Source: Yuukianura sp. NJ FZ-2021
Taxonomy: Eukaryota
Length of the DNA stretch: 64,000 nucleotides
Direction of reading: 5' to 3'
NCBI GenBank assembly: GCA_046563655.1
Contig: CM102290.1
Coordinates: 14,136,001-14,200,000 of the forward strand
The notes under the pieces are model-generated. The model saw only the letters and a list, made by a program, of their open reading frames with translations. It did no database searches and was not told where the DNA came from. The translations under genes were made by a program, and so were the position numbers. This document shows, piece after piece, positions 13,419 through 25,611 of the stretch (position 1 is its first letter; every line of letters starts with the position of its first letter).

Positions 13419-15423
13419 TTAATCTGGTTGTTGGGGTGCTTGAATGGAGAAGTAGGGAGCAGAGTTGTGAGCTAGCACGGTATGACAAAATTCACAAACG
13501 TGGTAGTCCCGCGTTCCACGTCGCACGGATCGCTCCAGACAATTTTTACAAAAGATTCGTCCGCAGTGACAACAATTGCTCTGCAAAGCACACAAAAGTT
13601 GTGTTAATTCAGTAATTACCTTGTAATTAGCAAGTAATTAGTTTGTAATTAGCAAGTAATTAGTAATTACCTTATCCCTGTTGTCGTTGATTGTCGTTTT
13701 ACAAGTGTTACATTGCGAAATGTCATCGGGATGTTGCCAACGGACTTCCGTTTCAGCTTGTCGAATCGTCTCGAGTCCAATCTGAAGTGACTTTGACAAT
13801 GAAATGAGATCACGCTGAAGCTCTTCGGAGCTCGCCAGCTCCTTGTGCAGAGTAGAAATTTTTGCTTTGGCTTCTGCCAATTCCAGATCCGCCAACTCCT
13901 ATTATAAGCATTAACAATTTCAAAAACGTTTTTCAAAGTTTAAAAATTTTTGACTTTTTGCAATCTTGAAATTTTTTCAAAATTGGTCTCACCTTCTCTT
14001 CTGCCAACTTTGCATTTTGCTTGAGGAGCTGAGACGAATTGGCTTCAGAAACTAGGAGCTTGTTTTTCATGTCTGTTGCCGTTCGCTCAAATCTACTCCG
14101 CTCGGATTCATACAACTCTCGATAGTCTTCAAGTTCTTTGAGTTGACTTCTACAAAAACAGTGTTAACTAACATAAGTTAGAGTTAATTAGCTTAATTAA
14201 AGTTAGTTAATTAGGTTAATCATACCGCAACGTCTGGATTTCAGTGTTGAAGCTATCTTCGATGTTGATTCTTTCTTCTTCTTCAGTCTGTACTCGATCG
14301 CGCAGGAATTTCAGTTCGCTTTCGATTTCTTCTTTGCCAATTTTGACACTAATAAGCTCCTCATTGACTCGCAACAAGATTTCTTGCAGCTCCTGTATGG
14401 ATATGCGATATTAATTGATTAGTTAATTAATTGATAATTAATTAATTAATTAGTTAAGAATAAGTGATGATGATGAACTTACCATTACAGAATTAGGTAA
14501 GGAAATGGATTCGCTTTGAAGAATCTGGGAGTGGGCGACGTGTTTTCCTCGAAGCTTGTCGTTGTCGTACTCTAAACTGAAAAATTGAACACAGAAAAGG
14601 TTCGAAACTTGAATGTTTTAAAACTTTTCTTGGGTGAAACAAAGTAATGTACGTGTAACTTACGTCTGAATGTTTTTCTGGATCTCCGTCCTCTCAATCG
14701 CGAGTTTCCGAATAGTTCGTTCCATTTCTTGTAGAGAATTTTCGTAGCCTGTATTCAGTTCAAGGAGTATAGCTTCGCAGTTACTTTGCTGTTCCTCCAG
14801 CTTCCGAATTCTGGCCTAATTTTTATAAAATTTTGTACTATGTAATTAGGAGCAGAGAATAAAAATAACATGTTGTTAAACCTGAGCATCCTCGCAAAGC
14901 TGGTTCCATTCTCCCTCCATTTCATCCCGTAACTTGGCTGCTTTCTGTAAATCTTCTCTTAGTTTAGCAATTACAGATGCCTGTTCCCCCTGTTGAACTT
15001 CGCGAATCTGCCGTTCATTGACTTTCATTCTAAGATTTTCCAACTCGAGATCCATCTTTTGCCTTAGACGACGTTCAGCTTCAAGTTCCTCTGAAATTTA
15101 CAATAAAATTATCGTAGCATGTAATCTTTGAGGTGGACTAATTGAATAAACTAATTAGTTCATTCTTACCCTCCTTCTGAAGAAAAAGTGTTCGGAACTT
15201 AGCCCTCTTCTCTCCGAATTCTGCATTCATATCAGTGATTGTTTGTTGCAGTATCTTGATATTATCTTGGTCTTCCAACAAGTAGGGAGTAGATGTAACT
15301 GGAAATTAAAAAAAAAACGTTTGTTAATCGTTAAATCACTCTCATGACTTTAATTAAAAACGAATACTCACCGGTTTCTTCGAAGTTGATGTCATCATGC
15401 ACATGATCCTGCTCAGAATCCAT
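13419..15423 (-). CDS. RABEP1: Rabaptin-5 / Rab GTPase-binding effector protein (coiled coil, Rab5-binding region, C-terminal FYVE-like finger), multi-exon
   Basis: Coiled-coil exons, then SEELQRDLISLSKSLQIGLETIRQAETEVRWQHPDD (Rabaptin Rab5-binding signature), then CNTC...CCHCGRIFCKNC...VCEFC. ATG at 15423, TAA at 13419. Confidence 0.85.
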
Positions 15424-15745
15424 TCTGAACAATAACTTATAAATAAACAGCGTAACAAGTTATAATTTACAGATTGTAATTCCACTAAAACTAAAGAATT
15501 CCTTTGGAATGAATCAATAGAATGAAACCAGGATCACCAATCCACAAGATCAATACGGTTCACGTTCCTCCTTTAGCCTAAATTAATTAAACTAATTAAA
15601 GCTACTGTTAACTGAGACGTTCTAGTAATCAATTAATCGACAGCTTTTAATTGACAACTTTCTCAGCTGACTAAATCCAACATCCTCCGTTCCGTTTTTT
15701 TATTTCTTCGTGTCAATTTATGACTTTCAACTTTCAAATGTAAAG

Positions 15746-15754
15746 TTTCCCGCC
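15746..15754. promoter_or_regulatory. E2F-like site (TTTCCCGCC) in the divergent Rabaptin/AKAP1 intergenic region
   Basis: Motif match between two head-to-head genes. Single short motif only. Confidence 0.25.
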
Positions 15755-16522
15755 GTATACGAAAAAATTGTCTCACAGTACCCCAATTTTTCAGTGTAAA
15801 CAAACATAAAAGAAAGCGAAACGCCATAAATTTTAAATTCTTCTTTGTTCAGTTAAATATAAACAATTAAATACTAAAACTTAATTAACTAATTAAGCAC
15901 ACAATGAACCACCTCAATGGAAGCAAATACGAAGATTTTTTTATCGTTTTCATTTATAATATCCGATGAATCGACGAATGGGAACAAATTCACATGTTGT
16001 TGGTAAGAAACTAAAGTTTAAGACAATAATCAATATTGGAACAATAGCGAGGAAAAATAGATTTGAATAATTCAATTGACAATAATTAATTAACTACGGA
16101 AGATCAATGTATCAAAATGAACCATTTTAATCAAAGAGTCAATTGCTATTAATTTTTGACCGGTGTTTTGAGCTGAAGTGTTATTTCCAAGGTGTAGTGA
16201 CTCCCTCTACGCCTTTAGACCTGTTGAGCGGATGAGATCTGCTGAGCACGAGGCCCGTGTCTTTTTCCATGTGGATTCGGACGAGACAACACAAACAGAC
16301 CATATTGCTGCAAGTTGTCCACCACATCAGTCGAATTAGTCAACCGGTTAACTTAATTACTTCCCACATTTAGTCATAAGAGGTCAACTGGACAGTTGGA
16401 GTTCCATTAGGCGGCTTACGGTATCATCCAAATCTTGATTTTTTGGTCACTTCATAACAACCGGCACCGGAAAACAGTTTTACCGAAAAACGTTTCTTCG
16501 TCGTCACTCGTCATTCGTCAAT

Positions 16523-18317
16523 ATGGTGGAGAGAATAGAAGAGCAACAGGATTTGTTGGCCTTGGACGATGACCTTCGTCACTTGACCATCGACGATGAC
16601 CTTCATCACTTGTCCATCCGCGATGACTCATCGTTTGTGGAGGGAGAGGGAGAGGAGTGCTGCAGTGACAGTGGCAAAGGGGGCTCAGAAATACTGACTT
16701 CGGACAGTATCAACGAGGGGTCAGAGATCGTCACACCAGCGGAGAGTATCAATGAATCGACAGATTCTACGGTAGCGGCTCCATGGCATGCCTGTCCTGC
16801 CTACAATGCTTTTACTGCCTACTCAGAAACCATGGGAGCACTCATGCCTTGTCACGCCATGATTTACGAATTTGAAATTCCTCAGTGCATTGTGGGGCGA
16901 CTGATAGGGAAGTACGGGAGTTTTGTCAATCGAATCAAAGGGAATACCGGAGCCAACATTATTATTAAAAAGCATCACAGAAATACTGCCATGAAAATTT
17001 GTGCTATTGAGGGTAAGTCAAGGTACAGTATCCTGCCCTCCAGTACTTCAACTGGATCCTAAATCATGAACTATGACCTACCTTTTTTAAAGCAATAGTC
17101 ACATGATGTAACGTTTTCGTTTCGTTTTGTGCTTTACAGGCCTGTGTGGTGAAATTGAAGAAGCAATTGGTATGATTCGTGAGAGATTCCCTATGAAACG
17201 CTACCCGTCTCTGCGACTGGAGCAACTGAATACCCAAAGACCGATACCAGGAGCTACTGCCATTTCCTTCCTGCCACCAAATAATAAGGTAAACACTGCA
17301 ACTTCTGTGGAATCGTTGCAACTTCGTATGACTGTAACTAATTTGTGTATGTTTTGTGTTGATTTAGCTGCACTTAATCGAGGGAGTTGTAAATGACGTC
17401 AGCATCAGTTGTGTCATCAACGTCAACCACATTTTCGTTCAACAACCAACACATCCCACCTTCCCCTCGCTCGCTCGTCTCCACAAAGCTTTAAAATCCT
17501 TCTACGAACAAACCGAAGTCGCTCCAAAACTTATTCGACCTTTCAACGGTAAGAATTTTACAAAAGTTTTTAGTAAAAAAAAAACGAACGTTGTATGATT
17601 TGAACCTGGAACTTTGTTTTTTAGCTGGGGTGATCTGCGTTGCACGACTGGAAGGAGACTGGTACCGAGCTGAGGTTGTGTGTTTGCATGAAGGTGGAGA
17701 GGAAGTGACGATTCGGCTAGTGGATGGAGGTGGTTACGCATGCTTGCCGGTGGAGGAACTGCGTCAAATTCGATACGATTTTGTGACGATACCGTTTCAG
17801 GGAACGGAGTGTCGGTTGGCCGAAGTTGGGCCACGAGATCCATCGTCAGTTGAACTCGGGGGAGACGTCGAAGCCTACGTGGACAGCATTTGTCAAGGTC
17901 AAGTTTTGCAGGCTCATGTCGCTGGTTACTCACTCACTACGAACGAAACGCTCATCTACTTGTATCGAATGGGAGAAGATCAGGTAACTACTGCCACAAC
18001 ACACTTTTCACAACGAATCATAATCGCTTGAACTTCAAATCATAATCGCTTGAAATGTGCTGCAGATTCCAGTATTGGTGAACCACGAACTGGTAGCTCT
18101 GGGACTGGCGGCATGGGCAGACGACAGCGCTGGAATTCTGGATTCCAGTAACTTCGTGGAGCCAGTGATGATTCTGGACAGCTCATGTGTCAACCTCTCG
18201 TCACCACTCATTATGTCATCCGACGAAGTGCCGATTGAGCCACCACATGAACCCACCACTTTCGGCCCCACTGCCGAGCCACCATGTTCTGCCACCTCCG
18301 AAGTCTTCTCTCACTGA
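16523..18317 (+). CDS. AKAP1: KH + Tudor domain protein, A-kinase anchor protein 1 / spoonbill-like, multi-exon
   Basis: SDSGKGGSE motif; KH domain YEFEIPQCIVGRLIGKYGSFVNRIKGNTGA; IRERFPMKRYPSLRLEQ; HIFVQQPTHPTFPSLARL; Tudor GDWYRAEV...IRLVDGGGY...LRQIRYDFVTIPFQGTECRL; LVNHELVALGLAAW. GT-AG introns at about 17012, 17289, 17549 and 17983. Confidence 0.85.
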
Positions 18318-19697
18318 CCGCTGACCTCTGACTCTTCACCCCGGCAAATCCTTTGACTATTTTTATGGGAATTTCGGGAAATACTTTTTGGTGATCCATT
18401 TCTTCTCTCTTTCAGATATTATCTTAGCAGTTAGAAATTTTAGAATCGTTTAGAACCGTGGGAAATCTAGTTTTCAGCAGCAAAGTTTATGTTAATCGCC
18501 GATTGGTTAGCGTTGAAGAAAAAAATTCCCAGTTTAGAACAGAACGGCGCAAAAAGGCTTAGTGTTTAAACGTAAACACACTTCAGGAAAGTAGTTTTTA
18601 GGCGTTAGCGTGTTGACGTTTACGTATAAACGTGTACGTGTTAACGTTTACATTTAAACGTGCGTATGATTGTTAACGTTTGAGTATAAACGTTTACGTG
18701 TACGGATGAGTGTTTACGTTTAGGAAACGTTCTAAGTAACCTCAAGTGCTCACAAAAACCGGAAAACGTTTTGTCTTTAGAATTATAGAAAAAGTATAAC
18801 GTTGTATCAATTAATTTTAAATTCTCGTTTAAAATTTAAAAAAGGGAACGAAATTCGTCGAAATCTTCAACGTTGAAACTTCGTCTCGTGCCTTGGAACG
18901 TAAGTTCTTTGAATGTAACATAAACTTACTAAAAGCAAAATCATGCAAAAATTTTAACAATATAATACGAGATTGTTTATCTAAAAGTAATTATTTTATA
19001 GTAATTATACTATGTTAATCTAAACATGAAGAAACTGGATCAGAATCAAACAAAATGGTTTTCTTTTGTTTTTTAAAATCTATCGTTTTTCGTTGATTTG
19101 GGACGAAATAAATTCACAATGCAATCGGAGCAAAGAAAGTTACTAATTTTAGACATTGTTCAAAAAAATTTTGAACAATGTTTAAAATTCTGTTTACAAA
19201 AATTTTATTTTTTTATGTGAAACGTATGTTTGATATAAGTTCATGTGAGATATGAATGGTCAGTCATAAGGTTTAAGCTGTTTACAACTTGTGGACGTTT
19301 TTTATTATGAGTGATTGGAAAATGTATAAAATGGTGCTTTGTATAACATTTTTGTGACCAATGTATGAAGCCATGACAATTTTCTTGGAAGAGGAGTCGT
19401 CATCCAGTCATAGACGAAGAAGCATCAGAGCGGGCTGGACGTTTACATAGTGTTACTCTCGCAAGACAAGGTCAGAGGTCAAGGTCACGCAGCAACAGGT
19501 CAAGTGTACATTTCCTTCTGATTGACTGGACATCAGCTCAGCATTGGACACTTCATCGTTGGACTCAACAAATTGGTAAGCAAAACATGAAACACTTTGT
19601 AACTGGAAGTGTAACTTCTACGAAAACTTCGAAGAGAGAGAGAGACTCAAACGTTTTTTTTTTCGTTGAGGTACTAAAATAACCTTGGAGCGACAAA

Positions 19698-20663
19698 ATG
19701 GCTGACAAAAGGTCAGGGGTCACCGGAACTGGAAAGAAATACAAATGTGACCAATGTCACAAACAGTTCAACAGTGCACGAAACCTACGTCGACATTCCG
19801 TAGTGCACTTGGATGTTCGGCCATTCAGTTGCTCTAGATGCCCAAAAACATTCAACCAGAAAGGTCAACTTACACGGCACATGAAAGGTCACACGTACGA
19901 GGGATTGGTCGAATGCAGTCACTGCAAAAACAAATTCAAATCAAATGGAGAACTCAACAAACATCTTATCATACACACAAAAGTAAGCAAATTCACATGT
20001 ACAACCTGCAACTATGCTGCACAGTCAAAATGGCATTTGGACAACCATGTTGCAACACACACAAATGAACGTCGTTTCCAGTGTACGGAGTGCCAACAGC
20101 GATTTACAAGGGACAGTCATCTGAAGCTGCATCTGAGGATCCACACTGGAGACAAGCAATTCCAGTGCAACATCTGCACATACGCAGCCATAAGGAAAGA
20201 GCTTCTGGACATCCACATGCGACAACACACACATGAGAAATCATTTGCATGTGTGTTGTGCACAGCCACATTCAAGTCACAAGGTACTTTGAAGTACCAC
20301 ATGGGGATCCACACTGGAGAGAAACCACATACATGCAAGGAATGTGGCAAAGGATTCATTATGTCCAGCGCATTGAAGAATCATGTGAAGATGCATGCGG
20401 GAGTGAAGGATTTCGAGTGCACAGTGTGCCACAAGAAGTTCACAAAGAAATCAACACTCACTGAGCATGCGCGTGTCCATTCTGGAGAGAAGCCTTTTAC
20501 ATGTAAGTTCTGCGACAAAGCATTTGGACGTAGGGGTACTTTGACCTGCCACATGCGAATCCATGTGAATGAGAAACCGTGTAGTTGTGGCAGTTGCAAG
20601 GCAGAGTTTAAACGTAAACTCCCTCTACGTCGTCACCAGGAAGAATGCTGCGTCGACGCATAA
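19698..20663 (+). CDS. C2H2 ZNF array copy 1 (321 aa, 10 C2H2 + 1 C2HC)
   Basis: Repeated CxxC-x12-HxxxH units with TGEKP-like linkers; ends HQEECCVDA. The most divergent full-length copy. Confidence 0.93.
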   Translation: MADKRSGVTGTGKKYKCDQCHKQFNSARNLRRHSVVHLDVRPFSCSRCPKTFNQKGQLTRHMKGHTYEGLVECSHCKNKFKSNGELNKHLIIHTKVSKFTCTTCNYAAQSKWHLDNHVATHTNERRFQCTECQQRFTRDSHLKLHLRIHTGDKQFQCNICTYAAIRKELLDIHMRQHTHEKSFACVLCTATFKSQGTLKYHMGIHTGEKPHTCKECGKGFIMSSALKNHVKMHAGVKDFECTVCHKKFTKKSTLTEHARVHSGEKPFTCKFCDKAFGRRGTLTCHMRIHVNEKPCSCGSCKAEFKRKLPLRRHQEECCVDA

Positions 20664-21485
20664 GTTACAAATTGTGTCCAATCAAATCATCTCATTTGGT
20701 TAGTTAATCTAGGAGCTGTTACATAACTTAAGTTAGTCTGTTATTGAAATAAAGTTTACTATTGCATTCATGAACTGTAGCACACAAATTTTCCACTCTG
20801 ATTTTCTGTTTAAATTCTATTATTAGTTGAATTTGTTGATTAGTTAATGTTGTTGTAGGAATAATTGAATTTAGTAGGTTTAGTCCACTGACATCCTAGT
20901 ATTCTTATACAATTTCTGTTTGCAGGTCACTGACCTCTACACAAATTCAAAATCCAGCTCACAATGTAAATAAAAATAAAAATAAATTTTCCATCATGAA
21001 TCATAAGCAAAATATATCTTAATGTTGCTTCGTCGTTTCAAATTTAACTTCAAGTAATAACACCTAAATAATTTCCAAGTTTCCACATTCTGTTTTACTC
21101 TGTTTTTGTGTCGCATTGGTTCAGATTTTAGAAAATCCATAAGTTTTTTTTATGTAATCAAAAAAATGCAGTTTTGTATGGGATTTTTGTGTATGATGTG
21201 ATAACAGTTTCGGAAGGAAAGGAGCCTTTTTGTCCAGTTAGAAGAGTAGAAGCATCAGAGTGGGAAGGACGTTTGCTTTGTTACTCTCGCAAGACTAGGT
21301 CACTGGTCAAAGTCACATCACTGGAGGTCAAGGTCACATCACTTCAGGCCAAGGTCACGCAGTCAGAGGTCAAATTAGGTAAGGATAAAGGCAATTCTTG
21401 AATATCAGCTTCACCAACGTTCAAAAAACGTTAAGAACGAAAAATTTGAAGAACAAGAAGTCATTCGTTTTGTCTTTGACCGTAG

Positions 21486-22109
21486 ATGGCCAGTGCCGAG
21501 TCAAACATGGAAGGTCAAAGGTCAAATGTCGCTGAAGCCCCGGCAAAATTCGAATGTCACCAGTGTCACAAGGTACTCAAGTCAGTACAAACTCTACGTT
21601 CGCATGCCGCAGTCCACTCGAATGTACGGCCATTCAGCTGCTCTAGATGCCCCAAAGCATACAAGTGGAAATATCAACTTACAGTTCACATGAAAGGTCA
21701 CACCATGGAGGGATGGTTTGAATGCGAACATTGCAACAAGAAGTGCAAAACAAAGTCAGCACTCAACTCGCATCTCATAATACACACAAACGTAAGCAAA
21801 TTCACATGCACAGTGTGCAACTATGCTGCTCAAACGCAGAGAGGTTTAAACAACCACTATGTAACACACACAAGGGAACGCTGGTTTGAGTGTGCGCAGT
21901 GTCAAAAGACTTTTACGCAGGACGGTAGTCTAAAGACACACATGTGGATTCATGCGGAAGTGAAACCATTTAAGTGCAGTTTCTGTCAATATGCATCCAT
22001 CCAGAAACGAAGTATGGAGAACCACATGAGAAAACACGCCAATGAGCGGCCATTGCCTGCTGAGCTGTCTGACAAACCCAAACGGAAATGCAGTTGCATT
22101 ATTTTGTAA
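21486..22109 (+). CDS. C2H2 ZNF array copy 2 (207 aa, 6 fingers, unique polybasic CaaX tail)
   Basis: Fingers 1-6 are homologous to the other copies but more diverged; ends DKPKRKCSCIIL*. Confidence 0.85.
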   Translation: MASAESNMEGQRSNVAEAPAKFECHQCHKVLKSVQTLRSHAAVHSNVRPFSCSRCPKAYKWKYQLTVHMKGHTMEGWFECEHCNKKCKTKSALNSHLIIHTNVSKFTCTVCNYAAQTQRGLNNHYVTHTRERWFECAQCQKTFTQDGSLKTHMWIHAEVKPFKCSFCQYASIQKRSMENHMRKHANERPLPAELSDKPKRKCSCIIL

Positions 22110-23192
22110 AGTAAACATTGTTTAGTTTAATTAGTTATTTCATTTTATTAGTTAGTTAAATTGAAGTTAGTTAATTCTTAAACATTGATTTGTTGATGGC
22201 GATTCTCAGTGTTCGTGGTAGAGCTCGTAACTTTTTCATTTTTTTATGCTTTCTGGGATGATTAACTTGCTCAATTAATTTTTTAGTTAATCAATCGTAG
22301 TTAAATTAATTACTAATTCATGATTGATTAATTGTGTTAAGTTTTAGATTTTTTTAGATTTTGAAATTTTAGGAAGTGACGTAAAGTGTAGAACTCATTT
22401 GCTCAAATAATTTCTGTTTTGAAGTCAATGACGTCTGGACTCAGCGTCCAGTTCAAAATGTTAAATAAAAATTTACTAACTCTTTTAGCATCAAAAGGAA
22501 TTATGAGTTGTTTTGTGGTTTCAAATTATTTCAAAAGATTTGACTCATCTCAAAATTTTACATTTCTGTTTTTTTTTCGTGGAGGTAATTTTTTCATGTT
22601 TAATTACTTTTGCAATGCATGAGCTTATAAGATTGGGTAAATCAAGAGAACGAGAATTTTAATTTAAAAATTTCAATTTTCCGTTCCAAAAAGTAATGCC
22701 AAATGTAAATGGATTGGAAGATATGAAATGCTCTGCAAATGTGAAATCAATTGGCAAATCTTGTGATTCGCGAGGTTACACGTTTTTATCAAAATTCTGA
22801 GTTTTTGGAAAATGTAAAATCCTGATTTTTTGTGACTGATGCCATGTCAGTTTTCCTGGAAGATGAGCCTTCGTCCAGTCAGAGGCAGAGAAGCAGCAGA
22901 GCAGGATAGACGCTTACAGTGTTACTCTTGGAAAACAAGGTCAGAGGTCACGGTCACACCACTGGAGGTCAACGTCACACCAGTAGAGGTCAACGTCACA
23001 CCACTGGAGGTCAAGTGTACATTCACTTCCGATTGACAGAACAACAAGCTTTGTACACTTCATTGTTGGACTAACGAAAAACCTGTGATTTTGTGCTTGA
23101 AATAGTATAATTTACTTTAAAGAATATGGAAAGAGTAATTACTAATAATTCTTGTTTTGTTTAGGTACTAAAAAGAACCTAGCTGAGGCAAA

Positions 23193-24158
23193 ATGGCTGC
23201 CAGAAGGTCAGAGGTCACTGGAACTGGAAACAAATACGAATGCCATCAATGTCACAAGCATTTCAAAAGTGCAGCAAACCTACGAAAGCATTCCGTGCTC
23301 CACTTGGATGTTCGACCATTCAGTTGCTCTAGATGCCCAAAAACATTCAACAGGCAAGATAATCTTACGATTCACATGCGAGGACACACGTATGAGGGAT
23401 TGGTTGAATGCAGTTACTGCAAAAACAAATTCAAATCAAATGGAGCACTCAAGGAACACCTCATCATCCACACAAAAGTAAGCAAATTCACATGCACAAT
23501 CTGCAACTATGCTGCACAGTCAAAGAGGAGGTTAAACGACCATGTTGCAACACACACAAATGAACGTCGTTTCCAGTGCACGGAGTGTCATAAGCGATTT
23601 ACAAGAGAGGACAGTCTGAAGATGCATCTGAGGATCCACACTGGAGACAAGCGATTCCAGTGCAACTTATGCACTTATGCAGCCATAAAGAGAGAGCATC
23701 TTGACATCCACATGCGACAACACACGAATGAGAGACCATACGCATGTGTGTTGTGCACAGCCACATTCAAGCAACAAAGTGTGTTGAAGTACCACATGGG
23801 GATCCACACTAGGGAGAAACCACACCCATGCAAGGAATGTGGCAAGGAATTCAGCACTTCCACTGCATTGACGTATCATGTGAAGATGCATGCGGGAGTG
23901 AAGGACTTCGAGTGCACAGTGTGCCACAACAAGTTCAGAGAGAAATCAGCACTCACTAAGCATGCGCGTATCCATACTGGAGAGAAGCCATTTGCGTGTA
24001 AGTTCTGCGACAAAGCATTTGCACGAAGGGATACTTTGAACATCCACCTTCGCATCCACTTGAATGAGAAGCCGTTTAGTTGTGGGAGGTGCCAGGCAGA
24101 GTTCAGATACAAAAGCAATTTGTTGCGTCATCGGGAACAATGCTGCGTCGATGCATAA
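23193..24158 (+). CDS. C2H2 ZNF array copy 3 (321 aa)
   Basis: Intact 11-finger ORF ending CCVDA. Confidence 0.93.
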   Translation: MAARRSEVTGTGNKYECHQCHKHFKSAANLRKHSVLHLDVRPFSCSRCPKTFNRQDNLTIHMRGHTYEGLVECSYCKNKFKSNGALKEHLIIHTKVSKFTCTICNYAAQSKRRLNDHVATHTNERRFQCTECHKRFTREDSLKMHLRIHTGDKRFQCNLCTYAAIKREHLDIHMRQHTNERPYACVLCTATFKQQSVLKYHMGIHTREKPHPCKECGKEFSTSTALTYHVKMHAGVKDFECTVCHNKFREKSALTKHARIHTGEKPFACKFCDKAFARRDTLNIHLRIHLNEKPFSCGRCQAEFRYKSNLLRHREQCCVDA

Positions 24159-25144
24159 GTTACAAATTCTGTCCAATCAAATCACTTGTTAGTTTGTTAG
24201 TTACTGCTATAACGCAGAAGGTGTAGTTACATAACTTAGGCTATTTTGTTGCACTATAGCTTACCTAAGGTCTGTTAAGTCTTAGGTATAATAGTAATTG
24301 TATAAATAGTATATAATTATATATAATTATATTAATATGCTCATTTGGTGCATCTCCCACTCATGACAAACAGCACATAACTTTCCCTCTGTTTCTCTGT
24401 TTCAATTTGATTAGTTCATTTGTTGTTTAGTTAATGTTGGTGTCGGAATAATTGAATTTAGCAGTTTAGTCCACTGATAACCATCACTCAAGTATTCTCG
24501 TGTAATTTCTGTTTTGAGGTCACTGACCTCTACACAAATTCAAAATCCAGTTCGAAATGTAAATAAAAATTCATAGTGTTCTTTGCAGCATAAAAAACTT
24601 GTGTGCTGTTTCGTGGTTTCAAATTATTTAAAACAGTTTGAGTAATTTCCAAATTTTACAATTCTGTTTTTTTTTATTTATACGTAATTTTTTTTCAATT
24701 TCAGTTAACAACTCGAAACCTAGAGAACAAGATTCTTGTAATCTCAAAAATTTAAATTCTCTGTTGCAAAAATTAAGTAAAATGTACAAATACATTATAA
24801 TATATGAAATGCTCTGCAAAGCTTGGCAATTCTTGTGATCCGCGAAGTTACAACTTTTTAACAAAACTATGAATTTTTGCAAGATGCAAAAAATCCTGTT
24901 TTGTGTGATGCCATGACAGTTTTCTTGGAGGGAAGAAGAGCCTTCGTCCAGTCAGAGGCCGAGAAGCATCAGAGCGGACAAGACGCTTCGAGTGTTTCTC
25001 TCGCAAGACAAGGTCAGAGGTCAAGGTCACGCAGGAAGAGGTCAAGGTCACATTTAGTTTTGATTGACTGCACATCAGCTTAGCTTTGGACACTTCATCG
25101 TTGGAGACAGCAAATACAGGTTAGGAAAATACGAAACACTTTGT

Positions 25145-25528
25145 GCTCTAAATCCTGATTTTAAAACCGAATTTTTGACGGATTCCGAGAAAACGAAATC
25201 CGGATTCCAAAATTTTGAATCCCGATTTTCTATTTGAGGGGATTGGCGGTAGTGGAAAATTGGATTTTCAGGGAAAAAAAAAGATTTAAATATAAATGTT
25301 AAAAAAAAATTTTTTTTCAAAGTAAATAGTCGTATATCGTCCATATATATTCTATATTTACGCTTTAGTGTTTAAAACTCATATATGCCATTATAAAATT
25401 CAAAAATTTCCTTATGGAAGTTTACCAAATACCCCAAAAATCCGAATCCGAAACCGGATTTGGCCACCAGAAATCCGCATAAATCCGAAATCCGGATTTT
25501 TGGAAATCGTACGGATTTGAGAGCCCTG
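25145..25528. mobile_element. hAT-like MITE remnant inserted upstream of ZNF copy 4
   Basis: Absent from paralogous units (they read TTTTGTGCTGGAGGTGTAAC here). Right end reverse-complements to CAGGGCTCTCAAATCCG; left end is eroded (GCTCTAAATCC). Many AATCCG/CGGATT subterminal repeats. No clear TSD. Confidence 0.6.
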
Positions 25529-25611
25529 GTGTTGGAGGTGTAACTTCTACGGAAAATGTGAAAAAGAAGTGCTTTTTTGTTTAGGTACGAAAAGTACCTA
25601 GCTGAGATAAC

